The position numbers and the translations under genes are program-made. From Leptonemataceae bacterium (GTDB taxonomy: Bacteria; Spirochaetota; Leptospiria; Leptospirales; Leptonemataceae), in NCBI GenBank assembly GCA_965227295.1, contig OZ245742.1:1728001-1792000 (forward strand): 64,000 nucleotides of DNA, written 5' to 3'. Below, one piece after another: positions 31,520 to 42,172 of the stretch (its first letter is position 1; each line of letters begins with the position of its first letter). The notes under the pieces were generated by a model, which saw only the letters and a program-made list of their open reading frames with translations, had not been told where the DNA came from and made no database searches.

Positions 31520-32305
31520 TCAGTTGGAATTCGCAGGTTTTGGTTCGTCCATGCGCTGCAAAAGTTGCACGGCTTCTTCGAGATCCAGTACGGCGTGAAA
31601 GTAATCGAGGTAGCCGAGCATGTTCAGATACTGGTATAATTTTTCCGAAAGCTGGGTGCACACGAATACGTGGCCGCGTTCTTTGAGTTTGCCTGCAAGT
31701 TCGATCAAGAAGTTCATACCCACGTTGTTGATGTAAGTCACGTGCTTGAAGGTGAGTATGATGTGCCGGCTCAACTGTTCTTCTTCAAAGAGTTTCCGAA
31801 ATGCCTTTTCCAGACGCTTGCGAGTGCGTTCGTCCAGCGGTCCCATCACCTGGACCATGCTGACGTCGAAGTCACGCGGTAGTTTGCTGTGGGCCACGGG
31901 ACCGTAGCTACGAACAGAGTCCGCATCGTTTTTGCGGCTTTCCAGGACACGGGCCCGCGCGGCGTTGATGGTATCGAGTAGTTCTCGGGAATCGATCGGC
32001 TTGCGCAAGAAATCGAAGGCTTCGCTCTTCAATAACTCGAGCGCTGTGCGTGCATCCGCCGCGCCGCTCATCAGAATCACCGGCACGTCGGAGTCGATGG
32101 TTTTGCATTCCCGGAGAAGTTCCAGGCCGCAAATATCGGGCATTTTGTAGTCCGAGAGGACGACGTCAGGACGACGGTTGCGAAAGGATCGCAGCGCATC
32201 CACGGCGTTGTTGTGGGAGTGGACCTCGAAGCCCCGCCGTCGTAGATAGACCGCGAATTCTTCGATGACTTCCGGTTCATCGTCCACTAATAGTATCTTT
32301 GTCAT
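31520..32305 (-). CDS. Response regulator with C-terminal STAS-like domain
   Basis: REC domain (LLVDDE, SDYKMP, KP) plus a STAS-like region (V.YINNVGM..L). Confidence 0.82.
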   Translation of the reverse strand: MTKILLVDDEPEVIEEFAVYLRRRGFEVHSHNNAVDALRSFRNRRPDVVLSDYKMPDICGLELLRECKTIDSDVPVILMSGAADARTALELLKSEAFDFLRKPIDSRELLDTINAARARVLESRKNDADSVRSYGPVAHSKLPRDFDVSMVQVMGPLDERTRKRLEKAFRKLFEEEQLSRHIILTFKHVTYINNVGMNFLIELAGKLKERGHVFVCTQLSEKLYQYLNMLGYLDYFHAVLDLEEAVQLLQRMDEPKPANSN

Positions 32306-33845
32306 GGTTTGCTCCTGCTTGCCGGCCGAGGCCGGCCTTAATTGGAAAATCGATTACAAATCGTGCGCCGCCTTCGGCGGAGACGCCGGCCTGGATGCTG
32401 CCCTCGTGGGCCTCAATGATGCCGAAGCTGATGCTCAAGCCGAGGCCCGTACCCTTGCGACCGAGTTTCGTGGTGAAGAACGGTTCGAAGAGTTTCTCCC
32501 GGATTGTTTCATCGAAACCGGGGCCGGTGTCCTCGTGGATGACTTGAATCTTGCGGTTCTCGCGATCGTTTCTGACACTGATGCGAATGAGGCGCGGCCC
32601 GCCCCGATCCGCGGACTCGATGGCGTGTACGGAGTTTGAGATCAGATTCATAAATACCTGGCTCAACTGAGTCGTATCTCCGGGAATGTGCGGGAGTTCC
32701 CGCTCGATGTTCAGTTGCAGTTCGATATTCTTTTGCGCGACGAGATGGTCGGCCAGCTCCAGGGCGTCCGCCAGCGCGTCTTTAATATCGATCATATGAA
32801 ACTTAGAAGAAACGTCGCGGCCGAAGAGGCGGAGCTGATCGATCAGCCTCGTGACCCGCATCACCATCTTCCGAATTCTGCCCACGCGCACCGCGATGAA
32901 ATTCGTGTCCGGTTCGCCGTGCGGCGCCAGGTCCAGTTCCTCGTGAATCAGCTCCGCGGCCAGGCAAATGACGCTCATGGGCTGATTGATTTCATGGGCG
33001 ATGCTGGTGGCCATCTGTCCCAGGGTTGCCAGTTTCTTAGCCTGGGTCAGGCGCGTGCCGAGAGTCTTATACTCGGTGATGTCGTCCGCGACACAGACGA
33101 CGCGCGGCAGTGTGCCGCCGTTGATCAAGGGCGCGAACGTGGCGCGCAGGATTTTCTTCTCCCCTGAAAACCAGTCACTTTCGCATTCCACCTGCTGCGG
33201 CGTGGATGTTCTCACGGTACGGTAGTAAGCTCGCAGCAGGCGGGACCGGTCCTTGGGCGCGACCGAGTGAACAAAGCTCACATCCAGCTTCTTTTTCACG
33301 GGATGGCCGTCCAGCATAGGCGCCCCGCCGGGAAAAAGGAAGCGGCCGTCCGGTTCGATGACGAACGTTAAGTTGCGCGTACTCGCTATTACGGCGCTCA
33401 TGAGCTCGTTCGCTTCCTGCCGCCGGCGTTCGGCATTTACCCGCGTCGTAATATCCACCGTGGTAATGGCGGCGAAGTTTCTGCCTTCGCAATCCCGGAA
33501 GCCGGAAATATGCGTCGCATACCAACACTGACGTCCGTTTTTTTCGGCCGCGTACTCGTGATAAAACTGTCTGCCCGTGCCGGCGAGTATCATCCGTAGT
33601 TCCTGGGCGGTTCGCCGGGCGCAGGCCGAGTACTCCTCGCCCCTGGCTGCAATCTCATCGCAGATCTGAAGATAATTCTGACCGGTCGCGGCCCTGGTAT
33701 GTTGTGCGCCCAGGACATGTCGACACTGAAGATTCGTACGGATGATCAATCCGGTGCGGTCGATGATCTTTATGCACGGCTCAAGGGAATCGAGGATCAA
33801 CTCAAGGAACTCATGCTCCCGTTCGGCAATTACATCCTGTCGCAT
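32277..33845 (-). CDS. Cytoplasmic PAS-PAS sensor histidine kinase
   Basis: Two PAS-like regions, then IAHEINQP, QVFMNLISNS, DTGPG and FEPFFTTK..GTGLGL. Confidence 0.9.
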   Translation of the reverse strand: MRQDVIAEREHEFLELILDSLEPCIKIIDRTGLIIRTNLQCRHVLGAQHTRAATGQNYLQICDEIAARGEEYSACARRTAQELRMILAGTGRQFYHEYAAEKNGRQCWYATHISGFRDCEGRNFAAITTVDITTRVNAERRRQEANELMSAVIASTRNLTFVIEPDGRFLFPGGAPMLDGHPVKKKLDVSFVHSVAPKDRSRLLRAYYRTVRTSTPQQVECESDWFSGEKKILRATFAPLINGGTLPRVVCVADDITEYKTLGTRLTQAKKLATLGQMATSIAHEINQPMSVICLAAELIHEELDLAPHGEPDTNFIAVRVGRIRKMVMRVTRLIDQLRLFGRDVSSKFHMIDIKDALADALELADHLVAQKNIELQLNIERELPHIPGDTTQLSQVFMNLISNSVHAIESADRGGPRLIRISVRNDRENRKIQVIHEDTGPGFDETIREKLFEPFFTTKLGRKGTGLGLSISFGIIEAHEGSIQAGVSAEGGARFVIDFPIKAGLGRQAGANHDKDTISGR

Positions 33846-34007
33846 GCCGGTAGCAAACACCAGATTGCGACGAATTACAATCGGCGCCGTCGTAAACTTG
33901 TTCTGGAAAATGTCTTAGGACTTTGTCCTGGGTTGCGGGGCGGAGCAGCCAACCTCAGAGCGAATCAGAGCACCGGAATTCTGCGGCACCCTGTCCGATG
34001 CGAACGC

Positions 34008-34658
34008 TCAGTGGTGCCGGTCTTCGGATTCGATGAGGCTGTGCGTCACCGCGTAGCGAATGAGTTCATAGCTCGATTGGAGCTGCATCTTGTTCAGGAT
34101 GTTGGCGCGATGTGTACTCACCGTCTTCACGCTCAGCCCCAGATGCTTCGCGGCAACGCTCACGGAGTTACCGGCGGCCAGCAGGCGGAAGACTTCGAAT
34201 TCGCGATCCGTCAACGTGTCATGAACGTTTTCCGGCGTTCGGAAATGGCCGGCGAGCTCTTGTGCGGTTTCATCGGAGACGAACCGCTTTCCGTCGAGCA
34301 ACGTTTGTACCGCGCGGCGAACCTCGTCTTCCGGAGCCTGTTTGTTCAAGTAGCCGTCGCCGCCGGCCCGGAAGACGCGCACGGCGTACGTCTTCTCCGG
34401 ATACATCGAGTATACGAGCACCGGCAATCCCGCGTAGCGTTTGCGAAGTTCTTTCAGGGCCGCGAGGCCGCTGGTATCCGGCAGATTGAGATCCAGAATT
34501 ACGAGATCGATGTCGCGGTTGGCGAGTAGATCGAAGGCTTCTGAGACCCGCCCGGCCTGATGTACGGTCGCCTGGAGTTCTTCGCTCAGAACGGTCTTCA
34601 ATCCGGAACGAAGCATGGGATGGTCGTCGACAACGAGGATAGCTCTGCTCTTTTTCAA
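34008..34658 (-). CDS. NarL/UvrY-type LuxR response regulator
   Basis: VVDDHP..R.G, LDLNLP and LTDREFEVF...LSVKTVSTHR motifs. The TTG start overlaps the kinase stop. Confidence 0.92.
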   Translation of the reverse strand: MKKSRAILVVDDHPMLRSGLKTVLSEELQATVHQAGRVSEAFDLLANRDIDLVILDLNLPDTSGLAALKELRKRYAGLPVLVYSMYPEKTYAVRVFRAGGDGYLNKQAPEDEVRRAVQTLLDGKRFVSDETAQELAGHFRTPENVHDTLTDREFEVFRLLAAGNSVSVAAKHLGLSVKTVSTHRANILNKMQLQSSYELIRYAVTHSLIESEDRHH

Positions 34659-36256
34659 GCTCCGATCTCCAGCAGAACGGGTTCTACGATGCGCAAAGGA
34701 ACGGCGAGGGATACCTTCGTCGGCCCTCCCGGCCGCGATTCCAGGTGCAGTTCGCCGCCGATGGCCACGGCACGTTCACGCATGCCGATCAGACCCAGGC
34801 TCCTGGAAGTCCAGGCGTACTCGGGCTCAAAGCCGCGGCCGTCGTCTTCCAGGCTGAAATAGAAGCGGCCGTCCTCTAGCCGCAGGGTGATGTAGGCGTG
34901 TTCCGCATGGGCGTGCCGGGCGACATTGGTCAGGCACTCCTGGCAAATCCGATACACCTGGCGGCTCTCTTCGAGGGGGAACTGAGGATCATCCATGGCC
35001 GTAAAGATGATCCGGACGCCGGTCATCGCTTCGAAGTTTTCGGCCGACGTCTCGATGGTCTCCGGGAGCGAGCGCTCGCGTAAATCGATGGGCCGCAAAT
35101 CCGCCGCGATGCTTCCGGCGGAATCGATGAGACCGTCGATGGCCGTCAGGAGCCAGGCCTTCAGCTTCGGCGGCGATTTACTGAGGCCGTTCTTGAGCAC
35201 GGCGCTCGCTTTCAGCTTCAGCGCCGTGAGTTCCTGGCCGAGCTGGTCGTGCAGATCGCGGGCGATGGAACCGCGTTCTTCTTCGCGAATCTTTTGCAGC
35301 CGCATCATGACATTGCGCAGCTCGCCCGTGCGTGCGCGTACCACATGATCCAGGCTGCGATTCATATCCGCGAGTCCCCGGCTTTGCCGGCGTGCATGGA
35401 GACCGAGATAGGTCACCGTGCCGAGCAGGACGGCCAGGAGCCAGCCGCCAATCAGTAGAAGCCAGGGCGTTTCCGAAGTATGCGCGTCCAGCATCGCCTG
35501 TCCGGGAGCGATTTGCATTTGCCAGTGCTTGCCGAATGCGTCGAGGGGACGCTCGATGATGTGTTCGCTGTCCGTGTTCCACTCGGGATGTTCATAAAGC
35601 ACGACATCACTCTGCGGCGCGCTGATTCGGGTGAAAAAGGCTCGATTCGGATACGCACTGTCGAGGATGCTTTTCAGGAACTCCCGGCTTTCGAAGACAC
35701 CGCCGATGTAACCTTCAAACCCTTGTTCGTCGTGGATCGGATGGACCGTAATGAAGCCGCGGGCGCCCTGAATCAATTGAACGGGCTTCGAAAGATACGC
35801 CCGGCGATCCCGGCGGGCACGTTCAAAGAGTTCGCGGCGATAGTCCCGTGAGTTCAGGTTGAAGCCCTGCACGGACTCGTTGCCGCGCAGGGGGACGATC
35901 CACTGAATCCTGAGGTCCGCGGAGACGTACTGGATGGCCCGAAAGTTTTCCAGATCCTTGAGGTAGGCTTTGACATCCTGCTCCCATTCTTGATACGGCA
36001 TGGGGCCGGGACGTCGGGCCCAGCGGCCGGCCATGCGATCCAGGGCTTTTACGCGTTCACGCAACTCGTCCTCAAGGTGGATTTGGTACTTGTGGGCTTC
36101 CTGATCGGTGAGTTCGCGGACGTGTTTGTGCTCGATGAGCAGGACCTGTACGCAGGCAATCACCGTCGCCACCGCGGTGCTGGCGGTCAGTATTGCCGCG
36201 GGGATCAGGTGTGGCGGCGCATTCGGAAAGATATTCCTGTGCGTTTCTGGCTTCAT
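34655..36256 (-). CDS. CHASE-domain HisKA_3 sensor kinase
   Basis: TM-CHASE-TM architecture, then ER..IARDLHDQLGQ.LT, QECLTNVARHA, DDGRGF and GL.GMRER. Confidence 0.9.
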   Translation of the reverse strand: MKPETHRNIFPNAPPHLIPAAILTASTAVATVIACVQVLLIEHKHVRELTDQEAHKYQIHLEDELRERVKALDRMAGRWARRPGPMPYQEWEQDVKAYLKDLENFRAIQYVSADLRIQWIVPLRGNESVQGFNLNSRDYRRELFERARRDRRAYLSKPVQLIQGARGFITVHPIHDEQGFEGYIGGVFESREFLKSILDSAYPNRAFFTRISAPQSDVVLYEHPEWNTDSEHIIERPLDAFGKHWQMQIAPGQAMLDAHTSETPWLLLIGGWLLAVLLGTVTYLGLHARRQSRGLADMNRSLDHVVRARTGELRNVMMRLQKIREEERGSIARDLHDQLGQELTALKLKASAVLKNGLSKSPPKLKAWLLTAIDGLIDSAGSIAADLRPIDLRERSLPETIETSAENFEAMTGVRIIFTAMDDPQFPLEESRQVYRICQECLTNVARHAHAEHAYITLRLEDGRFYFSLEDDGRGFEPEYAWTSRSLGLIGMRERAVAIGGELHLESRPGGPTKVSLAVPLRIVEPVLLEIGA

Positions 36257-36395
36257 GGCACTTATGCCTGAGTGGGCCGTGAAAGTGTAACACCGATGTC
36301 GTACTATGGCAAAGGATTTTTTGAGGAGGTGCGTGAATGAGTGCCAATGTCCGCTAATGCGGAGAACGATTCACACGTGGCCGGGCACTATCTGG

Positions 36396-37628
36396 TCAAA
36401 TCTCACCATCTATCACCATCTGATAGACCGCTTCCAGGCGCTCGGCGCACTTGTGTAACTCGTGGTCTTGCGCGATCTCGACGCTTTGTTTCGAGAAGCG
36501 CGCGTAGAGTTCGTGGTCGCCGAGAAGCTCCAGGGTTTTGTCGGCGAGGGCGATGTGATCGAAGGGATCGACGATGAAGCCGTTGCGATTGTCCTGGATG
36601 AGTTCCGGTAACGCGAAGGCGTCCACGCCCACGCAGGGCAGGCCGCACGCCGCGGCTTCGAGGACCACCAGGCCCTGGGTCTCCATCGTCGAAGCGGTGA
36701 GAAAGAGATCGTAACGGGGATAGATTTTCGGCAGCTCGGCGTAGTCCACGAAGCCGTGGAAGACAACGTTCTCGTCGATGCCTAACTGTTTCGCTTCGAT
36801 CTTTAACGAGGTGAGGGCCGGCCCGTCGCCGTAGATGTCGAGCATGGTGCCGGGAATTTTTTCGATGATGCGGGCCACGGCCTTGAGCACCACGTCGCAG
36901 TTCTTTTCGTAGCTGATGCGTCCCACGTGCAGCAGGCGGGGCGCCTTTGCGTCGCCGGGGCCGCTTTTGGGCACGCCCTGGAAGCGGCTCAGGTCGAGGC
37001 CGTTCGAGACGACTTCGACGGGCGTGGTGACGCCTTCGTTCAACAGCTCGTCTTTGATCAAGTGTGAAGGCGTGATGATGAGCTTGCCGGTTTCGTAGAG
37101 GCCGTTGCAGAGTTTGAGGATGATCGTTTTCTTGAGGGTGTTGCCTTTCTTGCGTTCGATTTTATCGAGGTTCTTTTTGACCTTTTTGTTGCTCTTGAAG
37201 AAGTTCAGCAGGGTGTCGACCTTCAGCAGGCGATACAACGAAACGTAGGTGTCCTGCTCCTGAACGAGGGTGTGGTAGGTGCCGATGAGCGGGACTCCGT
37301 ACATCTTCGCCGCGAGTACGCCGTACTGGCCGAGCAGCCCGGGAGACTGGATGTGCACCAGGTCCGGCTTGAACATCGTCATGGCTTTGGTGATGCGTTT
37401 GTGCGAGGGCAGGACCATCTTCACGTCCGGGTACGACGGCAGACCCGTGTTGCGAAAGCGGACGATCTCGACGCCTTCCGGAGTCGGCACCTCGCCCTCG
37501 ACGTAATCCGGCGCACAGATCACGAAACGATGGCCTTTCTTCGAAAGAATCTCCGTGAAGTTGCTCACGCTGATGGCGATGCCGTCGACTTTCGGTAGAT
37601 AGGTATCGGAAAAGATTACGATGTTCAT
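36396..37628 (-). CDS. GT4 glycosyltransferase (diacylglycerol glucosyltransferase-like)
   Basis: FSDTY.P.VDG, YHT, NGLD, VGR...EKN and ETQGLVVLEA motifs. Confidence 0.88.
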   Translation of the reverse strand: MNIVIFSDTYLPKVDGIAISVSNFTEILSKKGHRFVICAPDYVEGEVPTPEGVEIVRFRNTGLPSYPDVKMVLPSHKRITKAMTMFKPDLVHIQSPGLLGQYGVLAAKMYGVPLIGTYHTLVQEQDTYVSLYRLLKVDTLLNFFKSNKKVKKNLDKIERKKGNTLKKTIILKLCNGLYETGKLIITPSHLIKDELLNEGVTTPVEVVSNGLDLSRFQGVPKSGPGDAKAPRLLHVGRISYEKNCDVVLKAVARIIEKIPGTMLDIYGDGPALTSLKIEAKQLGIDENVVFHGFVDYAELPKIYPRYDLFLTASTMETQGLVVLEAAACGLPCVGVDAFALPELIQDNRNGFIVDPFDHIALADKTLELLGDHELYARFSKQSVEIAQDHELHKCAERLEAVYQMVIDGEI

Positions 37629-37676
37629 ATTTGCGGGTGTTGTATCAAAGTCCGCGCACTTTGTATGTCTCTTTTT

Positions 37677-38237
37677 TTACGGTGATTCGTCGGGGTTGGG
37701 TTTTTCGTCGGGCAGCGCGGTTTCCGCCGGTAGCTCTTCGTCGCCGTCGGTTTCGATGCGCCGGCTTTCCTGACGAAAGGCTTCGCGCAGCGGATTCAAC
37801 TCCTCGTTCAACGTGGCCAGGTAGCACGCATCGTGATGCAGCCGAAGCGCGCCGTATAATAAGAAGACAATCAGTACCGAGGCCAGGCTGAGTCGCGCCG
37901 CTCGCCAGGCTCGCCGGGTGGGACCGTAACGCTCAATCCAATCACCACTGAATTTTCTGGGCGGCGCATTCGCTTCGTCGTCACGCAGGGCTTTGAGCGA
38001 CGGGCCGGTGTCCTCGGGATAGAGAAAGAGCAGGGCCAGCGCCGAGAGGAAAACGAAGGCGGCCAGGGCGGCGGTAATGGGATAGAGAAGTGGAATCAGC
38101 GCGAGGCCGACGCAGAGAAAGGCCAGTCCCAGGAGGACGTAGGCCGAGATTCCAAAGAGGGCCTGCCGCATGGGCGTGAGCGTAGATTGCGGCCGGACGG
38201 CGGCAACCGGTTTTTCCCGGTTCAGCGCGATCGGCAA
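37677..38237 (-). CDS. Hypothetical membrane protein
   Basis: 186 aa ORF with three hydrophobic segments that fills the gap between genes. Confidence 0.6.
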   Translation of the reverse strand: MPIALNREKPVAAVRPQSTLTPMRQALFGISAYVLLGLAFLCVGLALIPLLYPITAALAAFVFLSALALLFLYPEDTGPSLKALRDDEANAPPRKFSGDWIERYGPTRRAWRAARLSLASVLIVFLLYGALRLHHDACYLATLNEELNPLREAFRQESRRIETDGDEELPAETALPDEKPNPDESP

Positions 38238-38310
38238 TGTCCATTATTTACGTGACAGTGTGCCCGCGGGGCGCGAGATCATCTAAAACACTCAGGAGTT
38301 TTTCATTATT

Positions 38311-38817
38311 ATGGCTCAGGTTACTCTCAAAGGCAATCCCATCAACCTTGAAGGCAGCATGCCCGGTGTGGGCGACGCCGCCCCGGACTTCAAAGTCGTA
38401 AAGGACGACATGTCCGTCGTTTCGCTCAAAGACTTTGCCGGTAAGACCAAAATCCTCGTGGCCGTTCCGTCGCTGGATACGCCGGTCTGCCAGAAAGAAA
38501 CCCGCGAATTCAATCAAAAAGCAGCGTCCCTCGACAACACCGAGGTCATTGTGGTGAGCGGCGATCTGCCTTTCGCCATGAAGCGCTTCTGCTCCACCGA
38601 GGGCATCGACAGGGTCACCGTGGGGTCGCAATACCGCGATTTCAGTTTCTCCAAGGCCTACGGCACGCACCTGGCCGATGGTCCCCTGGCCGGCCTTTCG
38701 GCCCGCGCGGTCTTCGTCGTGGACAAGGACGACAAAGTAAAGTATGTCGAGCTGGTGCCGGAAATCGCCGAAGAGCCGAAGTACGACCAGGTTCTCGAAG
38801 CCGCCAAAAACGCGTAA
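38311..38817 (+). CDS. tpx: Thiol peroxidase (atypical 2-Cys peroxiredoxin)
   Basis: [18 protein letters not shown] and ARAVFV motifs. Confidence 0.93.
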   Translation: MAQVTLKGNPINLEGSMPGVGDAAPDFKVVKDDMSVVSLKDFAGKTKILVAVPSLDTPVCQKETREFNQKAASLDNTEVIVVSGDLPFAMKRFCSTEGIDRVTVGSQYRDFSFSKAYGTHLADGPLAGLSARAVFVVDKDDKVKYVELVPEIAEEPKYDQVLEAAKNA

Positions 38818-38843
38818 GCTTAGCTTTGAGCGAAGAAAACTTA

Positions 38844-39500
38844 ATGGAATCGCCGGTATCATCGACACCGGCGGTGTCCGCGATCGTCGGTCGATTAAGC
38901 GCCGGCCTCGACGAACTCGTTCACCGCCTGGCGGGAATCTTTAAGGATCCCGAGCGGGCGGTGGTCGAGTATCTCCGGGACCACGAGCTGGACGGCACCC
39001 AGGCACGCGTTACGTTCTTGCGTTTGCACCTGCCGCTGCTGTTGCTGATGGTCGTTGCGAGTCTGCTGTCCCCGCTCGCGCACCTGGGCGTGCTCGGTTC
39101 GTTTTCGTTGTTGTTGCACGTGCTTGTACCGCCGTTCTTCGCGTTCGGACTCTTGCTGCTCGCCGTCGTCTTCGATCAGATGGCGCGTTATTCCCGGCAC
39201 CCGCGCGTCGAAGAGCCGGGCGAACTCAAGATCGGCGGAATCGCGCTGTTTCTGTTTCTTCCGCTTTCGGCTACGGCGCCGTTCTTCTTCGTGCATCCGT
39301 TGATCGGCCTGCTCATGTTGCTGCCGGCCGCCGTGTACTGCGGTTACATTGCCCTCGAAGTCACGGCGGCGTTGTATGAGATCAGCCTCGCGCGTTCGTT
39401 TACGCATCTGGTGAACGCCGCGTTGCTGGGCCTCATTCCCGTGGCGGTGCTGGTGCTGTTATTCAACGTGATGCGAAGCATTAGCATTTTGAAGGGGTAA
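38844..39500 (+). CDS. Multi-pass membrane protein (Yip1-like)
   Basis: About five TM segments preceded by IF.DP. Confidence 0.55.
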   Translation: MESPVSSTPAVSAIVGRLSAGLDELVHRLAGIFKDPERAVVEYLRDHELDGTQARVTFLRLHLPLLLLMVVASLLSPLAHLGVLGSFSLLLHVLVPPFFAFGLLLLAVVFDQMARYSRHPRVEEPGELKIGGIALFLFLPLSATAPFFFVHPLIGLLMLLPAAVYCGYIALEVTAALYEISLARSFTHLVNAALLGLIPVAVLVLLFNVMRSISILKG

Positions 39501-39591
39501 GTGGTATTTTTTGCCACAGAGGGAAGATAGAACAGGAGTATGCGAGGCAGACGTTTTTTTGATCAGGGTGATGTTACGAACGGGTGTCTTT

Positions 39592-39712
39592 GCGTGAGGG
39601 ATCGGAAGGGTCGCGAAGCGAGTCTTTGCGCAGCAAAGACCGAAGCCGAAGGCGGAGCCCTGGAGAGCCCGGCGGCCCGCCGCCTTCGCGGCGCGGCGGG
39701 CCGGCACGCCCA
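39592..39712 (+). repeat. Structured intergenic repeat, copy A
   Basis: Homologous, in inverted orientation, to 43472-43597. It contains multiple hairpins with C(GNA)G loops. Confidence 0.75.
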
Positions 39713-39782
39713 GAGAAGGGTCGCCTCGCATTTTGCTCTAATGTTCGGCGCTGTGTGATTAGTGAAGGCGCGTTTAAGTTTC

Positions 39783-41264
39783 ATGAAAATACACTTAATC
39801 GGCGTGGGCGGAGTGGCCATGGGGAACCTGGCCGCCATGTTAAAGCAGATCGGTCACAAGGTGAGCGGATCGGACAGGCCGTTGTACCCGCCCATGTCCG
39901 ATAAACTCAAGGAGTGGGGCATCGAGGTCAAACAGTTCGACGAACGCAACGTAAAGGGCGCGGACCTGGTGATCGTCGGCAACGCGATTTCGCGCGGGAA
40001 CGTCGAGGCCGAGTACGTGTTGAACGAACGCCGGCCGTACATGAGCATGTCCCGGGCCCTGGCCGAGTTCTTCCTGAAAGATCGTCGCGTGATCGTGGTG
40101 GCCGGGACGCACGGCAAAACCACGACGACGTTTTTGATTGATCACATCCTTTCGCACACCGGGGAGAAGCCCGGGCTGTTCGCCGGCGGCGTGCGCGGCG
40201 ACGGCATGGACGGCTTTCGTGTGCCGGAGAAATCGCCGTACTTTGTGATTGAGGGCGACGAGTACGACACGGCGTTCTTCGACAAGGCCGCGAAGTTTTT
40301 ACATTACCGGCCGCGCTTCGTGGTGCTGACTTCCGTGGAGTACGATCACGCCGACATTTACGAAAACGAACGTGAGTACCGGCGCGCCTTCGCGCGATTG
40401 CTGCGCATTGTTCCTTCGGAAGGTGCCGTAATCGCCTGCGCCGGAGATCGCGGCGTACGCGAGGTCCTGCACGGTTACGAACTCGCGCCGGTGCAATGGT
40501 ACGGGTCGGCGCAGTACGGCAAAAAGATCGGCAAGATGTCCGCGCGCAGCGGCGCGAACTTTCTCGGCGGGCTCTACTCGTTTCGGCGTCAGGGTCGCCG
40601 CGTGGACTTCGACTTCCCCGGCCTCGTCGAAGACTTTGCGCTCATCGGCGAACACAATACCGCCAACGCCATGGCGGCGGCTCTGGTCGCGCGTTACGCC
40701 GGCGTACCGAAGGCGCAGATTGTCCGCGCGTTACGGAGTTTTCCCGGAGTGTTGCGCCGCCAGCAGGTGCGCGTGGATCTTCCCCGTTCGCAGGCCGTCG
40801 ACGCGCCGATTACTTTCATCGAGGACTTTGCCCATCATCCCACGGCCGTGAAGGCGACGATTGCCGCGGTGCGCGAGGCCTATCCCGGGCGGCACGTGCA
40901 TGCCCTGTTCGAACCCCGGAGCGCCACGTCGCATCGCAGCGTCTTTCAGCGCCGCTACGCCACGGCCCTGGCTAAGGCGCATTCGGTGTATGTTTGCGAC
41001 GTGTTCGATAAAAACAAAGTCCCCGCCGGGGATCGCCTGGACGTTAAGAAAATCGTAGCAGACATTAAGGCCTCGCGCAAGTCGGCGCGGGGCGGCGCGG
41101 CGGTCTTCGGCAAAGACGCGGACGATCTCTTTGAGCGCTTTCGCAAGAACTTTACGCCCTCTTCGAAGGGCGACGTGATCCTCGCCATGTCCAACGGCGC
41201 CTTCGGCGGCATTTATCCGCGCATCGATGAGTTGCTGAAGGCCCTGGCAGTGAAGAAAAAATAG
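39783..41264 (+). CDS. mpl: Murein peptide ligase (MurC/Mpl family)
   Basis: IHLIG.GG.AMG, YPPMS, GNAISRGN.E, GTHGKTTT, EGDEYDTAFFDK, DFAHHPTA, FEPRS and MSNG.FGG motifs. Confidence 0.9.
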   Translation: MKIHLIGVGGVAMGNLAAMLKQIGHKVSGSDRPLYPPMSDKLKEWGIEVKQFDERNVKGADLVIVGNAISRGNVEAEYVLNERRPYMSMSRALAEFFLKDRRVIVVAGTHGKTTTTFLIDHILSHTGEKPGLFAGGVRGDGMDGFRVPEKSPYFVIEGDEYDTAFFDKAAKFLHYRPRFVVLTSVEYDHADIYENEREYRRAFARLLRIVPSEGAVIACAGDRGVREVLHGYELAPVQWYGSAQYGKKIGKMSARSGANFLGGLYSFRRQGRRVDFDFPGLVEDFALIGEHNTANAMAAALVARYAGVPKAQIVRALRSFPGVLRRQQVRVDLPRSQAVDAPITFIEDFAHHPTAVKATIAAVREAYPGRHVHALFEPRSATSHRSVFQRRYATALAKAHSVYVCDVFDKNKVPAGDRLDVKKIVADIKASRKSARGGAAVFGKDADDLFERFRKNFTPSSKGDVILAMSNGAFGGIYPRIDELLKALAVKKK

Positions 41265-41297
41265 TGACAGCATGTGCGGCGCGGTTACGTTCAGGAC

Positions 41298-41813
41298 ATG
41301 CTGCGCCGAATCACAATTGCAACGCTTCTGTTTCTAAGTTTAGTATTTTTTGCGGGCTGTGAATATCTTTCCGATCCCAATCTGCTGCGTAAGTCTTCGG
41401 ACAATACCGACGAGTTCCAGTGCACGTTGACGTCGCCGGACGAAGACGGCATCCTCAAACAACGCGGCTACGACTACAAGTTACGCTGTGAGGCCAAACA
41501 AGGGCCCGTGCGCTTCGTGAACCTGCGCGCGTCCATTGTGGGCACGGAGTACGTGGACGGTCGCTCGCGCTCGCGTTCCCTAGGCGAAAAAACGATCCGC
41601 AGCAGCCCGGTCGTAGTGACTCCGGACCAACCCTTCGAATACAGCGGGCGGCTGAACGTCAGTGCCTTCGGGGCCTGGAGCGGTCGCCGCGCGCTGCATG
41701 TGAGTTCGGTCATCGACTACCCGGACGATCCGGAACGCAGCTACGAAGAAGAAGAACAGGACAAGATCAACCGGCCCTGGCGTTACAAACTGCTGGTCGT
41801 GAAAAAACTTTAA
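41298..41813 (+). CDS. Hypothetical lipoprotein
   Basis: AGGA RBS and a FAGC lipobox. Confidence 0.7.
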   Translation: MLRRITIATLLFLSLVFFAGCEYLSDPNLLRKSSDNTDEFQCTLTSPDEDGILKQRGYDYKLRCEAKQGPVRFVNLRASIVGTEYVDGRSRSRSLGEKTIRSSPVVVTPDQPFEYSGRLNVSAFGAWSGRRALHVSSVIDYPDDPERSYEEEEQDKINRPWRYKLLVVKKL

Positions 41814-41833
41814 TGTCGGCGGGCTGACTGCTT

Positions 41834-42112
41834 ATGCGTAAAATCTACGGAGTTGTAATCATTGTTTGCGCGTTGCTGGTCTTCGCCGTCGGCGGTGCGT
41901 ACGTCGTCGGGGAGTACGAACGCCCGCCGCTGATCAGCGAGGCGCAACTGGCGGAGATGGACGCGCAAAGCGCGGAACTTACGCGATCGCAGGCGGAGCA
42001 AACCACGTCCACGATGCGCACCACGGCGTGGATCAGTTTCGCCGGGGCGTCGATCGCGGCGTTGCTGATGGTCTTCACCGGCGTGCGGTTGATCCTCGCG
42101 GCTCCGGATTAA
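41834..42112 (+). CDS. Small two-TM membrane protein
   Basis: 92 aa ORF with hydrophobic N- and C-terminal helices. Confidence 0.55.
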   Translation: MRKIYGVVIIVCALLVFAVGGAYVVGEYERPPLISEAQLAEMDAQSAELTRSQAEQTTSTMRTTAWISFAGASIAALLMVFTGVRLILAAPD

Positions 42113-42172
42113 ATCTTCCAGGAAAAATGGATCGACTTTTGTTAGGGAAATGTTAGTGTTTCCTTAAGTGGT

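Noticed and set aside
39507-39526. TTTTTTGCCACAGAGGGAAG, faintly similar to the arm of the 5414-5585 repeat
   Set aside because: Too short, and no matching inverted arm was found.
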